Source: Octopus sinensis (taxonomy: Eukaryota). From it: a stretch of DNA of 64,000 nucleotides. Positions 1 through 13,382 of the stretch are shown here, piece by piece. The notes beneath the pieces are model-generated. The model searched no databases. It was not told where the DNA came from and saw only the letters and a list, made by a program, of their open reading frames with translations. Where the stretch lies: the NCBI RefSeq assembly GCF_006345805.1, contig NC_043016.1, positions 31,248,001-31,312,000 of the forward strand. Direction: 5' to 3'. Every line of letters begins with the position of its first letter. The first letter of the stretch is position 1. The position numbers and the translations under genes were made by a program.

Positions 1-143
1 GTCTAAACACTAATACATTAATTGAAAGTTATAACAGTTCATGGAGCATTTAAATTTATAGTTAATTTGGAATAGTAATGAAACGCATAGGTGTATTCTA
101 GTTAAATGTAGTAATTAAAGAGTTAAACTTAACATGAACTTAC

Positions 144-285
144 TTCATTGTCAAGAACTGTAGCAATGACTTCTGTAAGAGATGATCCAAAATTCGGGCT
201 GCTAAATTCTGAGCAACTCATTTCAGCTAAAAGTGGCCCACTAATATAATGGACCATTTTTCTGATGAGTGACAAGCTGGCTTTC
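144..285 (-). CDS. HECTD1: HECTD1 coding exon 10: KASLSLIRKMVHYISGPLLAEMSCSEFSSPNFGSSLTEVIATVLDNE; gene continues beyond window start
   Basis: Hand translation. AAG acceptor after a pyrimidine tract, GAA|GTAAGT donor, 142 nt. Confidence 0.95.
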
Positions 286-398
286 CTTAAGAGGGGGAAA
301 AAGAAACATGAGAATATTTTGAAAATAAGTTAAATTCAGAAATTTATTGTATTCCTTCATATAAGAAAAAAAAAAGTCACTACAAAGTATTCAATTAC

Positions 399-588
399 CT
401 GACTGATATCAACATGGATCCATGAAATACTTGTGCAAAGACAGGCAGGAGCCCTTTAATATATAATGGGGCAACTTCTGGATCACCTTTTGGTTCTGTA
501 CATTCTGTTTTGTCTTCTTCAACCAAATCTTTTTCTCTGTCTGTTTCTATTTGTGAATTTTCTCTTTGAACTGGCACCATCCATTCAC
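399..588 (-). CDS. HECTD1: HECTD1 coding exon 9: EWMVPVQRE...EPKGDPEVAPLYIKGLLPVFAQVFHGSMLISV(R)
   Basis: ORF 395..580. TAG acceptor, AG|GTAATT donor, 190 nt. Confidence 0.96.
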
Positions 589-1590
589 CTAGAAAAGAAA
601 GGTAAGCAAAAGTTTGGCAACCAATTTTAGGAAATGGAAGAAAAGAGATTAAAAAAAACCCACAATAAACTTAAGTGTCACAGCTACTACAGTTAAAGTT
701 GCAGAATTCTGGCCTGAAGATGAAATGTTCAAATCTGTTGCATAAATTTTCATCTCATTAAAAAAAAAAATCATATCAGTAACAACATTATACAGGAACA
801 AGAAAAAATTACTAAAAACCATAAAAAAGGTAACAAAAAAAAAAATCTTTTATTTAGAACTGCTTTTATTAGAAAACTTGCTTTTTTTTTATATATATAG
901 AAACTGAAGAGTTTCTAGGAAAAAAAAAAAAAAAAGACACGTGAAATTGAAAACGAAAAAAATTCAATGAAATGTTCAATAGCCACAAACAACCCAATGA
1001 ACTAAGACTTTGAAAGCTCAAATTAATCTGAGAATAAATCAGATTCACAAACATCAGACCAACTGCAGCAAAGACCTACCCCAGTTAAGTTTATTTTGTT
1101 CATAAGGATGTATGCTCCTTTGAACGTGCACAAGGTTTATAGCAAACACATACAACCTACTGGCTAGTTTATCATCAACCAGAAAATGCATGCTTTAAGA
1201 CCTCCATGCAGAACATTTTCCCTACACTTTTCTAAGACTGCATCTTTCTCACGCTTACTACCACACAGGCAATACATATGTATACTCATGTTTTCAATTT
1301 TAATCTTTGACAATTTAAATTAAATGTTACCCAAACCAACCTGTGGCAAACATTCAATGCTTCCAGTCCAAGAGGTCTCAATGGAGTGGGTGGGAGGAGG
1401 CAGTTAACCCCCAAAATATATTTAGCTGAATTACTTCAAAGCTGTAAGTTTAAAATAAAGAACAAGTTAAACACTTTTTTTTTTTTATAATCTTTCATTT
1501 CCCCATACTAATAAACTTCATGTCCCTCCCCATTCAGCACAAGAGCCCCTTTTCTCAGCTAAGTCAAAATACATTACAAATTGAATTTAC

Positions 1591-1714
1591 CTGGTGATTG
1601 TAATATTTGGATGACTTCTCGATGGCCTTCGTCATTTCTTTCTCTTGCTTTGTCTAATGGAGTTTTTCCATCTTCATCTCTAAGATCTGGATTAGCACCA
1701 TATCTTAGTAAAGT
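1591..1714 (-). CDS. HECTD1: HECTD1 coding exon 8 (ankyrin): [41 protein letters not shown](G)
   Basis: Hand translation. TAG acceptor, G|GTAAAT donor, 124 nt. Confidence 0.96.
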
Positions 1715-1879
1715 CTAAATAACAAATCGGAAACAACCATTTCTGTAATCATGCATTTGAAACTTAATGTTTTAAATTAGATTTATTGAAGATTTTATGT
1801 AAATCAAACAAAAACATTAAACATCACATAACCTAAATAATTTCAAGTAAACTAATAAACAATAAAATAAGATAATAAC

Positions 1880-1978
1880 CTTTACTATTTGAGGTCTACC
1901 AAAACATGCTGCATAGTGCAATGAGGATGATCGAAGGCCTCTGTTTACATCAGCACCACGTTCACAAAGAAATTCAAC
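1880..1978 (-). CDS. HECTD1: HECTD1 coding exon 7 (ankyrin): [33 protein letters not shown]
   Basis: Hand translation. TAG acceptor, AAG|GTTATT donor, 99 nt. Confidence 0.95.
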
Positions 1979-2570
1979 CTAGCAAACAAGAAAAATTCAT
2001 TTTATCGGGGAACTCTTGGTAACTCCATACACAATATTCTAACCTATTATTAAAGAGCCGATATATTAGAATGCCAATTACAACTGTTAGTAACCTTCAG
2101 AAGGATCTTAATTTGAAAACTAACCACTAAAATTACAAAACCAAGAATAATAGGTTTCTTGTTTAATGACCTAAGGACTTCATGTTCTTAATCAAATGGT
2201 GACGTAGGGATTAAAGATAATGATATAACAGTTGGAAACTTTTTAAATTGGATCCAAGTCATTGCAATCATGAAATAAAGATTAAGATAGTTTTGAGAAA
2301 GACATTAAAATACACAATGTGTGTATGTGTGTGTGTATATACACACACAGACAGAACAAGAAAGAATATTAACACTTAACACTACAAAAAATATTAGTTC
2401 AGTTGCACTGCAGGTTTTCAATATTAAATAACTATCAACTAACACATAGTAAATGTAATTGTAAAGGAAATATGATAATCTTACATGAACCATCATTTGT
2501 AGTTACCAAGAAATGAATGACTTAATCACAATACTAATACATTTTTGTAGGACAAAAAAAAAGTACATAC

Positions 2571-2647
2571 CATATCTTGACTGCCAAAAGCAGAAGCCCA
2601 ATTCAACAATGTTTGACCCACATCATCCATGAAATTCACATCAAAAC
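2571..2647 (-). CDS. HECTD1: HECTD1 coding exon 6 (ankyrin): [25 protein letters not shown]
   Basis: Hand translation; not in the ORF track because it is too short. TAG acceptor, ATG|GTATGT donor, 77 nt. Confidence 0.96.
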
Positions 2648-5600
2648 CTAGAATAGATAAAATACATATAAATATAAATCAGTTTAAACATACAATACTG
2701 TCAACCAATGAAATTAACATGCAATTATCAAAAGATCACAAATACACAATGACATTCTTTCAGTTTCTGCCTGTAAAATCCACCCACAAGATTTGGTTCA
2801 ACCTGAGGATAGACTAGAAAATCTTGCCCAAGATTGAATTTTGAAGTGAAAATTGCTATTCCTGCATACATTTTAATTCCCTATTAGAGCTATTTGAAAT
2901 TCTTAATCCAGGCCAATTTACATTAACACCCAAGAACATTTTAACAATCAATTGCTTCTTTTATTTTATGTACATTCTGGTTTATTTTATAGAATATTTC
3001 TTTAACAACTGCTGTGTAGGTATTATCAGTTATATTCATTCATTTTAAAAAGTCTACAGATGGATTAAATTATATAATAATGCACTGTATCTCTCAATGC
3101 TAAAAGAAATGTTATATAAGCTGCAGCACTGCCTTGTTCTGTCCAATCCAACTCATTACCTTCATGGATGAGTGGATATAAAAACAATGAAATGAAATCA
3201 AATGAGAGCCTACTGAATGATTTTAAAGCGAAGGTGATGAAAAAAATTTTAACAACTTAAGTACAATATGCTTGAGCATGAGAAAGAACAAGACTCAAAT
3301 ATAGAATGCATTAGAACAATGTGGTACAATATGTCAGACAATAAAATAATGGAAGAAAAAACGTTTTTTAAAAAATATTATTTAAAAAAATTATGCATTT
3401 AATATAAATCTTTTTCTTAAAAAAGTTAAAGAAAGTACAAAACAACCTACAATCAAACATTCAGTTAAGCTGACTAGAAAAGAGCTACAGAAATGAGAAT
3501 TCCTAGAGAGCAAGTCTTGTAAAACAATAAGAACATTTCATGAAATCAGAAAGAAACCAGAATTGAAGCATAGAATCATTAGCCAATGATTCCAGAAACA
3601 AAGTGTTTCCCTATTGTTTTGTCTGTACTTATAAGAGGTGTGACAGCATGGTAACAAGTTTGCTTCCTAACTAAATGGTCCTGGGCAAGAGTCTTCTACC
3701 ATAGCCTTAGGTTGACCAAAGCATTATGAGTGGATTTGGCAGACAGAAATTGAAAGAAGTGTGTGTATACCAATGTATGACTGTGTTAGTCCCTATGCGT
3801 GATACACTGTAACTCTTTTGGCAGAAGTGACTGATAGAATAAGTACCAAGTTTTAAAAAGAAAAAAAAAAAAAAAGGAGGTTCATTAAAAATTCTTCAAG
3901 GCAGTGCCCCAGCCAGTCAAAAATTAACATATAGGGAAGGGGAAGAGGAAAAGACGAAGTGGAGATGCTCCACTGTTTCGGCATTTCACTTCAGCTAAAT
4001 GGTCTCAAGGTATGTATATGTGTGTGTTGTATAAATACAGCCTTAATTTTGATTCCAAAAATTACAACTTACACAAAGTCAAAAGTGGCGAATGGGACTG
4101 TATTCAATATTTCAGCCCTAGGTATTGAAAAATGTTACAAAAACACACTGTCTATATCAATTGTAAAATTCATTATTGAAAATTTTCTATCATCATATAT
4201 TACAAATAAATGTAATTTGGAGCGCCATGACCTAAATTTAAAAAATTTGATTTTGTGGTTTTAAATAATAGGTGAAGCGCATTAAAATACATAAATTATT
4301 TGACAACATGCAAAATGTATATGGATTTATTTGCATATAAATGATTGCCGCTACCAGATGCATGGAGGCACAGGTATAGTTGCGATCCAGAAGTTTGCCT
4401 CTCAAGTATATGGCACCCACTTGCATAGGACCTTGGGAAAATGGTTTACTATATTCTGAAAACTCACTAAAACATAGTGAGTAGATTTAGTAGATGAAAA
4501 CTGAACGAAGAACATCATAGATGTTTGGTACTCCTTATCTTGACATCACACAAATAGTTGTTAAGTGAGTGTTACCATCACTCAAGCAGTGTCCTTTGTT
4601 TCCAATCTTCCATGAAAACATGTCTGGCCTTAGTGAAACACTACCTTAATTGGAAAAAGGAAAAGAGCTGGCTATAGCAAGGGCATCCAGCCATATAAAA
4701 TTTGCCTCAACAAATATCACCTGACCCACGCAGGCATGGTAAAGAAGACACTTAAAACACCAAAACAAGTGGCAACAGCAAGAAATGGAACCCAATTCAT
4801 TATTCATTTAATCACCCAAACCAGACCCTGAATTACAGGGACCCTTGCTACTTTGGTGATTAAAAACGCAAAATTGAAGGAGCGAATTACAAACTTTCTA
4901 TGTAGAAAAATTGTGCAAATAATTTTTGTTAAAATGATTAATAAGAATATTAAACATAAATAGGTTGCAGTGACCTATTAATACAAATAAATTGAAATTA
5001 TAAAACCCTCTTCCATTTTCAAAATCAGTAAAGGGAAAACACTCAAAATAGAAATAAAAAGGTTTAAAAGGTTACCCAAGACCCATGGTTTACAGAGTGA
5101 GATTATATTTGTGTCCAGGACCAATGAAACCTATACATTCTGTAAAGTATATAAAACTAGCATATGTTCAAAGTTGCAGTTCCAAAGTCATTATTAATAT
5201 TGGTCCTGATTTGTTAAATTAGTGCAACATAAATGAAGATTTTATCTTAACAGATGGAAAAGAATCCATATACCAAAAGATGTGACTTGTTTTCCCTTCA
5301 CTTTCTCTATACATACTGAGTTCATGTAGGCTTTTTTTCAATTCTTAAAAATCCATACACATTTTTAGCATTAGCCTGTGGTGATATGAACAATAAATTT
5401 AAAAAAAAAGCTTTCCAATATGTATTGGTTCTGAAGAACTTGGCTATGTATATCATTTGAACAATTCTTTGTTCTAAGTACTCTTAATAAGAAAGTGTAT
5501 ATGTATTTGTGTGCACATACATCCCATCTAGATGGGTCTTTCTCACAGGTTTCTGCACAGACACTAGCTAATATCTCATACTCTATCCTTTTTTGTTAAA

Positions 5601-6874
5601 GTTGTATATTAATTTCTCTAATTATTTTGGGTCTATACTATGAATAGGGTATTTAGGAATAATACCTGAACCATCTTGTATGCTTCAATCGAGATCTGGA
5701 CAAAACCCCCTTTTAGTTAAACTATGAAAGCAGACAACCCCCTCCCCACCGGTTATATTTTTCAGTTACTTTTGTTTTGTTTTTTTATTTTTTTATGTTT
5801 CAGTTATTAGACTGTGGCCAAGCTGGAGCACTGCCTTGAAGTTTTAGTTGAACGCACTGACACCAAACTTTTGTGAGGATTCACATGAAGCTGAAAAATA
5901 TTTTCTAAAATTTCAAACAAACCATTCCTGTATCCACACTAATATTCCTGATGTTTTTAAGTTTGTCCACTTAAAACCCTTGAATATTTTTGCTACAAAA
6001 ATATTCTAAAAAATAAAAAGTACCAGGCCGATATAGTAAGTGTACCAGACTTTAAAAAAAAAAAATTTTTAATTCAAGGTGGTGCCCCAGTAGCAAGTAA
6101 AAAGCGAAAAAGCTCCCTGGTCAAATACATTCAACTAAAACTTCAAGGCGGTGCTCCAGTCTAATGACTGCAGGAAAAAACAAACAAAAAAAAACCATGT
6201 TTTGTCCACATTCGCACTTTAACTGAGAGGGTTTTACCCTATACTCGCTTCAATTAGGTGCACAAAACCAAACTTTTGACATTCTTGAGTTAGTTCATAC
6301 AAGTCTATGAAGAACTTATCCTTCAACTAAAGTGTTAGCCTGAATGTTTGCAGGACTGAACTCTGTGAAAGGCACTTGAGGATCAGATCAAGTTGTAATC
6401 GTAAAGTGGACAAAAAGAAATTGAGATGCAAAGCATCTCTGCTGAAACTCAAAACAATGCCTTCAATCTACTGTCTTAGGTTTGTACTTTATCACCCAAA
6501 AATGACGAACAGAAAAATTGATGTCAATAGGATTTGAACATGGATCACACACTACTGCAACACATATCACAAGGAATCTTATCTTACCCTATGCACTAAC
6601 AGCACAGCCAATTCCAATGCTAGACAGATCAAGTGACCAAATAGTGCCTTTTCCATTGGCTCACACTTACGAGATAGAGTGTCGTATTATATGACAAAGC
6701 TATTTTATTTACCATCTACAAGATGGAAATGTTCTAATTTTATCAGATAAATATCAGAATGATTTCAAGCCAAAGTAATTTCCATGCCTTGACTATTTTA
6801 CAGCAAATTCTATGAATGCAAGTTGTGTGTGTGTGTGTGTGTGTGTATATATACACACACATGTACAAACATAT

Positions 6875-6915
<41 letters not shown>

Positions 6916-6923
6916 TACATATA

Positions 6924-7330
6924 CATCATTATCACTGTCATTTGATGTCCGCTTTCCATGCTGGCATGGGTTGGATAGTTTGACTGAAGGCTGGCAAGCC
7001 AGAAGGCTGCACCAGGCTACAATCTGATCTGGCAAAGTTTCTACAGCTGGATGCCCTTCCTAATGCCAATCGCTCCAAGCGTGTAGTGAGTGTTTTTATG
7101 TGCCACCAGCACGTGGGCCAGTCAGGTGGTACAGGCATCAACCACACTCAAATGGTGCTATTTAAGTCCCACCTGCACAGAAGCCAGTTCAATGGCACTG
7201 GCAATGACCATCCTCAAATGGTGTTTTTTACATGCCACAGGCACAGGAGCCAGTCAATGGCCCTGGTAATGATCATCCTCGAATGGTGTTTTTAACATTC
7301 CACTGGCATGGGTGCCAATCAGGTGGTACT
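6924..7330 (-). mobile_element. RTE-tailed SINE-like retroposon with a diverged internal tandem array
   Basis: Same 3' end (ACCCATGCCAGCATGGAAAGCGGAC...GAT tail) as copies at about 10190, 42066, 50940 and 58511. Confidence 0.75.
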
Positions 7331-7333
7331 GTC

Positions 7334-7364
<31 letters not shown>

Positions 7365-8328
7365 CACATATATACACACATACATTTGCACATACACATA
7401 TCACTTTACATTGTAACAAAATTTTGATAAAACCTTTTAAATTCTTAATTATTTTCAAAAGTTTTTTGTTTTTTGAAATGTAAACGTTAAAGTTTTGGTG
7501 AAGAAAGTGTTACGTAATGCAAAAAGAGACAGAGAACTATAAGACATAAAAGTATGAATCCATAGCAGACATATAACCCCCTCATGGCTCAGTTCTTTTA
7601 GGAATAATAGTAAAAGCAGTAAATGTTCTGAAAGTTTGTAGTGTTGAATTTACATGTTCTAAGCAGCAAAATTAGTCTTCTCCAGCAATATAAATAAACA
7701 TGAACTTCATGAAAATTTCAAATTAGAGACAATCATCAGTCCAAATCCCGTGGTCATAAATACAAAAATCAAATTAAATCATCTATACTAAAGTTTCTTT
7801 ACAAAATCCAAATACCAGCATATCAGGTCTTGAACTGATTTTGTTTTCTGCTTTTTTCTCTCTTTGGTCATAACCAGCTAGTTTGAAAGAAAAGGAAATA
7901 GTAAGTAGACTTTCTCAAACTGGTGAAATGTCCCACTTAAAAGTAAACTTTTTCAAAAGATTACTTTTCTTTCTAGGTACAAACTTTTTTGTCAGGAGTG
8001 AGTATAATTAATGGAATTAAAGTTATCTTGCTGATACTATATTTCATCAATATTAGAAATATTTAATACGGAGCACAACTGGAATATATTGAAAACAACT
8101 AGTTCAGTATAATAATGCTCACATGAATTCACTTATATTAGTTTTAATATTGTTAAAACAGCTTTGGCACTGTTAACCTCCCCCCACCACACACACACAC
8201 ATTCAGATTAAAATTAAGCAATACTGTAACAAAATGTCAAAATATTTTAGTTTGTTGCGTTGCCTAGAAGAAGGTGGGAAACATATATATATGTATATAT
8301 ATATATTGTAAGTATATAAAAAGTATAC

Positions 8329-8576
8329 CATTATCAACAGCCTCAATAAGAGCATCAGTATCTTTACTTCTGATACAATCTATGAGTTGTCTGTGTGATC
8401 GTGGTTCTCCAGTCCCTGAGCTATCAACACGTCTTAATCCAGGGAGTAGGCGACTGCTTGATATGCTACCAATGCCAGATGATGAAGCAGCAGCTGCAGC
8501 TTTAGGAAGTGCTTTCCGTCCTTCAAATAACAATACTAAGAGGAGATCAACCAGACGCATCGTATCCAAGCAACAT
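8329..8576 (-). CDS. HECTD1: HECTD1 coding exon 5: [25 protein letters not shown]...[23 protein letters not shown](G)
   Basis: ORF 8264..8569. CAG acceptor, G|GTATAC donor, 248 nt. Confidence 0.96.
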
Positions 8577-9345
8577 CTGAAAATAAGGATTGTATATATT
8601 TAACACTGTAGAAAATGCAGAAGTAATGATACTCAAAAACCACAGGAGAAAAAAAAAGTATAAATTACATACAGTCACATGCTAATATTCAAACATTTCA
8701 CTGTATAATAACTTCAGGCAATGACATATTACCTCAGTTGTTTGATAAGTTTTAAGGTAATTCTTATGTTAGTTTTTATTTTTTTTAAAGCAATACGGAG
8801 GTGCTGAAGGAGTTAATCAAGAACTCTGAAATCCAACAGCACTTATCAATGCATTGAAAGAAGAAATAATAATAATAATATTAATAATATATATATATCC
8901 CAAGACATCTTCACAACCACCACCTCTCTATATCTTTCTCTCTCTCTTTCCCAACTGGGGTAACTATGTAATCTCTACAGCAAGACATCTCTATCCTTCT
9001 ATCATACTTTTAAACCTCTTTAACCTCCTTTAATACTACCCCTCTCCCAGTTGAGAGGGCCTTTGTCTTGCAAGTTATTTGCTTTCTAGCTCCTGCACCT
9101 TTCAATACACAACAGCATGGAAAACAGGTGTTAACACTTTAGCATTCAAACTGGCCATATTCAGCCTCTCACACCTACCCTACAATATCATTCTATAAGT
9201 AAACAACCACATCAGTGAAATCTCAAAGCTACAAGATAATGTATGATTAATTCAAAATAATGCGAATGAGCATCATGTCTGACAGAATAATCTAAAATCT
9301 AAAAGGATTAAGTGAGGATTATGTGTGTGTATACATACACACAGT

Positions 9346-10180
9346 GTGTGATGGGTAAACTGTTGCCATTTTATATTTTTCCTTTTGCGCATGAGCATTG
9401 TTTGTTTTTGATTTTGTCAACTACACAGTACAGTAGGGTCAGCTGGGCACCGTCTGTGAAAAAAACAGAACCATGACACAATTTAATCTGCAACAAATTT
9501 AGAAATGACAGGCTGCTTGTGCCAGAAGCTCCAATATGGACAGATGGTGAACACACAGAACAACCGTTGGCTTGCCATGTCTCCAAAACATGTACTAAGA
9601 GTGATAAATATCAAACATCCAGTCGACATCATAGTGTTTGGAGTGATCACTAGTGATGGCGACATTATACCTCCAATCATCTTCCCACACGGTTTCAGAC
9701 TCAAAATGGAGGCCTTCATCAAGTGCCTGATGGAGGTAATGCTATTCTGAGTCAAGTGGGTGGCTGCTGAAAGACCCTATGTCTGGTAACAGGACTCTGC
9801 ATCATGCCACACAAGCAGGAGAAACCAGTCAGATAATCACTGCAACCACATCACCCCTAACATCTGACCACCTAACTCCCCAAACTGCAACCCCCTTGAT
9901 CATTATGTGAGCAAGAGACCAACAAAACTCCTTGTAACACCAAAGATGAACTGATGGCAGCATTCACTAACTTAAACAAGGAGACTGTCCAGAAGAGTTG
10001 CAGGAGATTCTAAAGTCGCCTGGAGGCCATGGTCAAAGTCAATGGCGATTTTATTGAATAAATTTACTATTCAGTATTTCAAGATATTTTTATGTAATTT
10101 TGGTAAATATATTTGTTAAAATGAGATGTCAGTGTTATTTTCCTTTTTGCTTAATTTAGATGACAATATATTCACCACAC
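9346..10180 (+). mobile_element. IS630-Tc1-mariner transposase relic with degenerate TIRs
   Basis: ORF 9505..9750 followed by broken frames giving YVW*QDSA, PPNSPNCNPLD and RLEAMVKVNGDFIE*. TIR-like ends at 9346 and 10159-10180 match at about 14/22. Confidence 0.8.
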
Positions 10181-10894
10181 CAGCATCATCATCACCATCA
10201 TTGTTTAAAGTCCGCTTTCCATGCTGGCATGGGTTTGGATGGTTTGATTGAGGACTGGCAAGGTTTCTACAGCTAGATGCTTTTCCTAACGCCAACTACT
10301 CAGATCATAGTGGTGTTTTTAACATGCCACTGGCACAGACAGACAGACAGACAGATGAACAAACGTAAGATTTCAGACATATTGGGACGGTAATTTAAAA
10401 TTAAATATACCTTTTGGACAGATATGATCAACAATATGAAAGAACTATAGTGACTAGAAATAATCACAGAAAGATCCATTAGAAGAGGAATATAAAGTGA
10501 AAGAATAAATCAGCTGAGAAGACTACTAATTAGAAATCTTAATTAGTTTGGAAGATGTACATTAGATTTTAAAATTCCAAATGACAGGAGATATTTAGTA
10601 AAATACCAAAGAAAATCTTTAATCTTTTAGTCAAGCGAGAAAAGTAGTAGACTGTTTACAGAGCCTCCAAATCTAGTAGAATCTCCTTAAACACGAGATC
10701 CAGCTTAAATGCTTGTAATAAAATGGACTATACAAGGATTTGATTCTTTAATGAAAAATAATCTAAAGGTGACACTGATGATTCTGCTAAGCAACTACCC
10801 TAGACTGGGTCTTTATTGATTCCAGAAAGACAAAGTGCAAACTTGATCCCAGTACAAACTGAGTATTTCAGTAGTTAAGTAATTAGTTGTCTTC

Positions 10895-10936
10895 TCAGCT
10901 GATGTTAAAACATCGAAGGGCACCATCAGACACCTG
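10895..10936 (-). pseudogene. Exact 30-nt duplicate of the HECTD1 exon-4 acceptor and 5' end, read as [12 protein letters not shown]
   Basis: 10907-10936 is identical to 12187-12216; in-frame TGA at 10897-10895. Confidence 0.85.
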
Positions 10937-11094
10937 CAAGGCATTTTGTTTGCCGTTTTAATGACTGCCAATTTGTTACTCCCAATATTTAAAATAAATC
11001 GGGCATTTGTCATAAATAAAAATAGTTTTTGTTTAACATCCACTACTCCATGCCTGCATGGATCAGATGAAATTCATTGAGGCAAATATTCTAT

Positions 11095-11407
11095 TTCTGT
11101 ACATTATTTACATTGGACGGACATGTGTCCTCATCTTGTTTGTTGTTACCACAACATTTTGGCTGATTTACTCTCCAGCGTTCATCAGGTGTCCTGGTAG
11201 AATTTTGAACCCAACTTTGGGTTCTCATTCCTAAGGTATTTTTTTTGCTGATGTAATTATTATTACCTTAGAAATGAGAACCCAGGGTTGGGATCAAAAT
11301 TCCAGCAGAACACCTGATGAAGGCTGGAGAGTAAATCATCTGAAATGTTGTGGCAACAACAAACAAGATGAGGACACATATTTGTCCAATGTAAATAACG
11401 TACAGAA
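11095..11407. mobile_element. Fold-back of two inverted Penelope-type repeat ends, each with a degenerate hammerhead motif
   Basis: 144-nt arms 11095-11238 and 11264-11407, about 89% complementary by hand count. CTGATGA cores at 11314-11320 (+) and 11188-11182 (-). Confidence 0.75.
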
Positions 11408-11875
11408 TTCCTCATCTCAAAAATATAGAACAGTATTCTATTTCTGTTGCTAACCTTCACCTGCTTCTGAGTGAGGCAATATTTCCTCTTGTCTGTCAAA
11501 TAATAACAACACAATGGCAGGGCAGGATTTCACAACACTACTTGTATGACAGTGACAGTTGTTTATATCCAGCATTCAATCTCAACACAAGGAGACAAAC
11601 ACGCACATCTATTTATCTGTACAGATGAGAGAGATGGCAAGCTACTTTCAGATTTCCAAGTTCACTAATAAGGTTTAATTAAAAACAATGCAAATGAAAA
11701 GCATAACCATTGACCTAATAATTTGAATGCTAAAAAGGTCAAGCATTCTTTCTCTGCATTATCAAAAATTTTGAAAACTTTTCTAAAAATCTATTATTTT
11801 GTATAAAGTGAATCTTATTGAAATTTTATTTTAAAAAAAGGTCGCTTCAAATGTAGAAAATAAAACATAACTAAC

Positions 11876-12213
11876 CTTTCATCGCCTTTAAGACCACTTT
11901 CAATTGCCTCTAAAAGATGAGACCTTAACAAATCATGGGTAATACAAGGACTCCCTCGACATAGTGTTGACAATAAACTAATGACAGTGGAAACACTTGC
12001 ACTGGATTTAGAATCAACAGGTACAAGAGCAGTTGCTCCAGCAGATGTGCTAGGGCCAACAGCTGATGTTCCATGAACAGCTTCACCAGCAGCCTGCAGA
12101 CGATTTAAAAGCTCATCAACTAATCCATGTTGAGCTAGAGGAGCAGGATCAACCCCTCTTCGTGTGAATCTATCTGCAAGGGATGCAAAACATCGAAGGG
12201 CACCATCAGACAC
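11876..12213 (-). CDS. HECTD1: HECTD1 coding exon 4: [31 protein letters not shown]...ESGLKGDE(R)
   Basis: ORF 11815..12213. CAG acceptor, AG|GTTAGT donor, 338 nt. Confidence 0.97.
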
Positions 12214-13167
12214 CTGGAAAAAAGAAAAAACTGCATTCAGTAAAATTATCTAAATCAAAGCCTTTGATTACAAGGTTATCAAATCAGGCCATGACTAAAC
12301 AATGAAACTTATGCAAGAATGGTGGAGTTAGCTTTAGAAAAGACATTTAATTATATTAATTGATCAGATATTTTGCATGTTAATATACAAAATTAAGACG
12401 CATCCAATCTTTTAAGACATCAAATGAAGATGAAATATAATATCTGAAACATTATTATGCTAATAATTGTATATTATTTCACCAACAGATGAGTAAAATG
12501 GTTACTGGTCAACAGAAGCACCACATTTAAGTACTGACTGGAGAAGAATTATACAAAATAGCTCACAAAGTTACACAAATGTTTTATCTCTAAAACTTTT
12601 GTTGGCTGGATTAATTTTTAGGAAGTATGAACAAGTTGAGAGAAAAGCAAGCTTATGAAAATCTGTTTTTAATCTGGGAATTTAAAAAAAAATTTACAGT
12701 TGAATATAGGCAAATTATCTTAGTAAATATTACAACAAATTCATCTACTGATATTACAGACAAGAACCATTACTAACACTTTCACAAACTTCCAGCTACT
12801 AACTGGCAAGGAATCACTTGCCAACAAAGTACAATCTCTGACTTTAGTATTGCATTCACTACCTTTTCTACAGCGTTTATAATAGCCTCTGCTCCACAGA
12901 GCTAGCTAGTCCTGTGCCACCTATATACAGGTCCAGGCCGACTCACCTCTTTTTCACCATCCATATCATACTCCTCTATTAGCTTCCTTAAATTAACCAC
13001 ATTCACTCAGTTCTTTCCAGAAGTAATCTGTCTGGTTTTCCTGCCTTGTTTTTTTTTCTTTCTAGCAGCTGTCAACTAACAATTGTGCAAGAAGAATATT
13101 AACTACATCTATTTTACAAGTCATGATGGCTCTGCAAAAGCCACAGGTATTTTTATAATTACATGTA

Positions 13168-13382
13168 TGAGGGGGCACTGAAAAGTTTCTAGCTTTAAGG
13201 GTATCACAAAAGGCTTGGATGGAGGCCCAAACTTCAGAATTCGTTTACAGGGCTTAAAAAAACTGAAGGACTGCTGCAAGTGTTTGAATCTGAGAGGGGA
13301 ATATATGTTAAATAAAATCATAATTAACTGCTCTTCTGTATTTTCTTTTATCTAGAGCCAGGAACTTTTCAACATCCCCTCA
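13168..13382 (+). mobile_element. Mariner-derived MITE flanked by TA
   Basis: TIRs TGAGGGGGCACTGAAAAGTTTCTAGCT / AGCCAGGAACTTTTCAACATCCCCTCA. The interior encodes a mariner-like C-terminal remnant (GLKKLKDCCKCLNLRGE). Confidence 0.75.
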
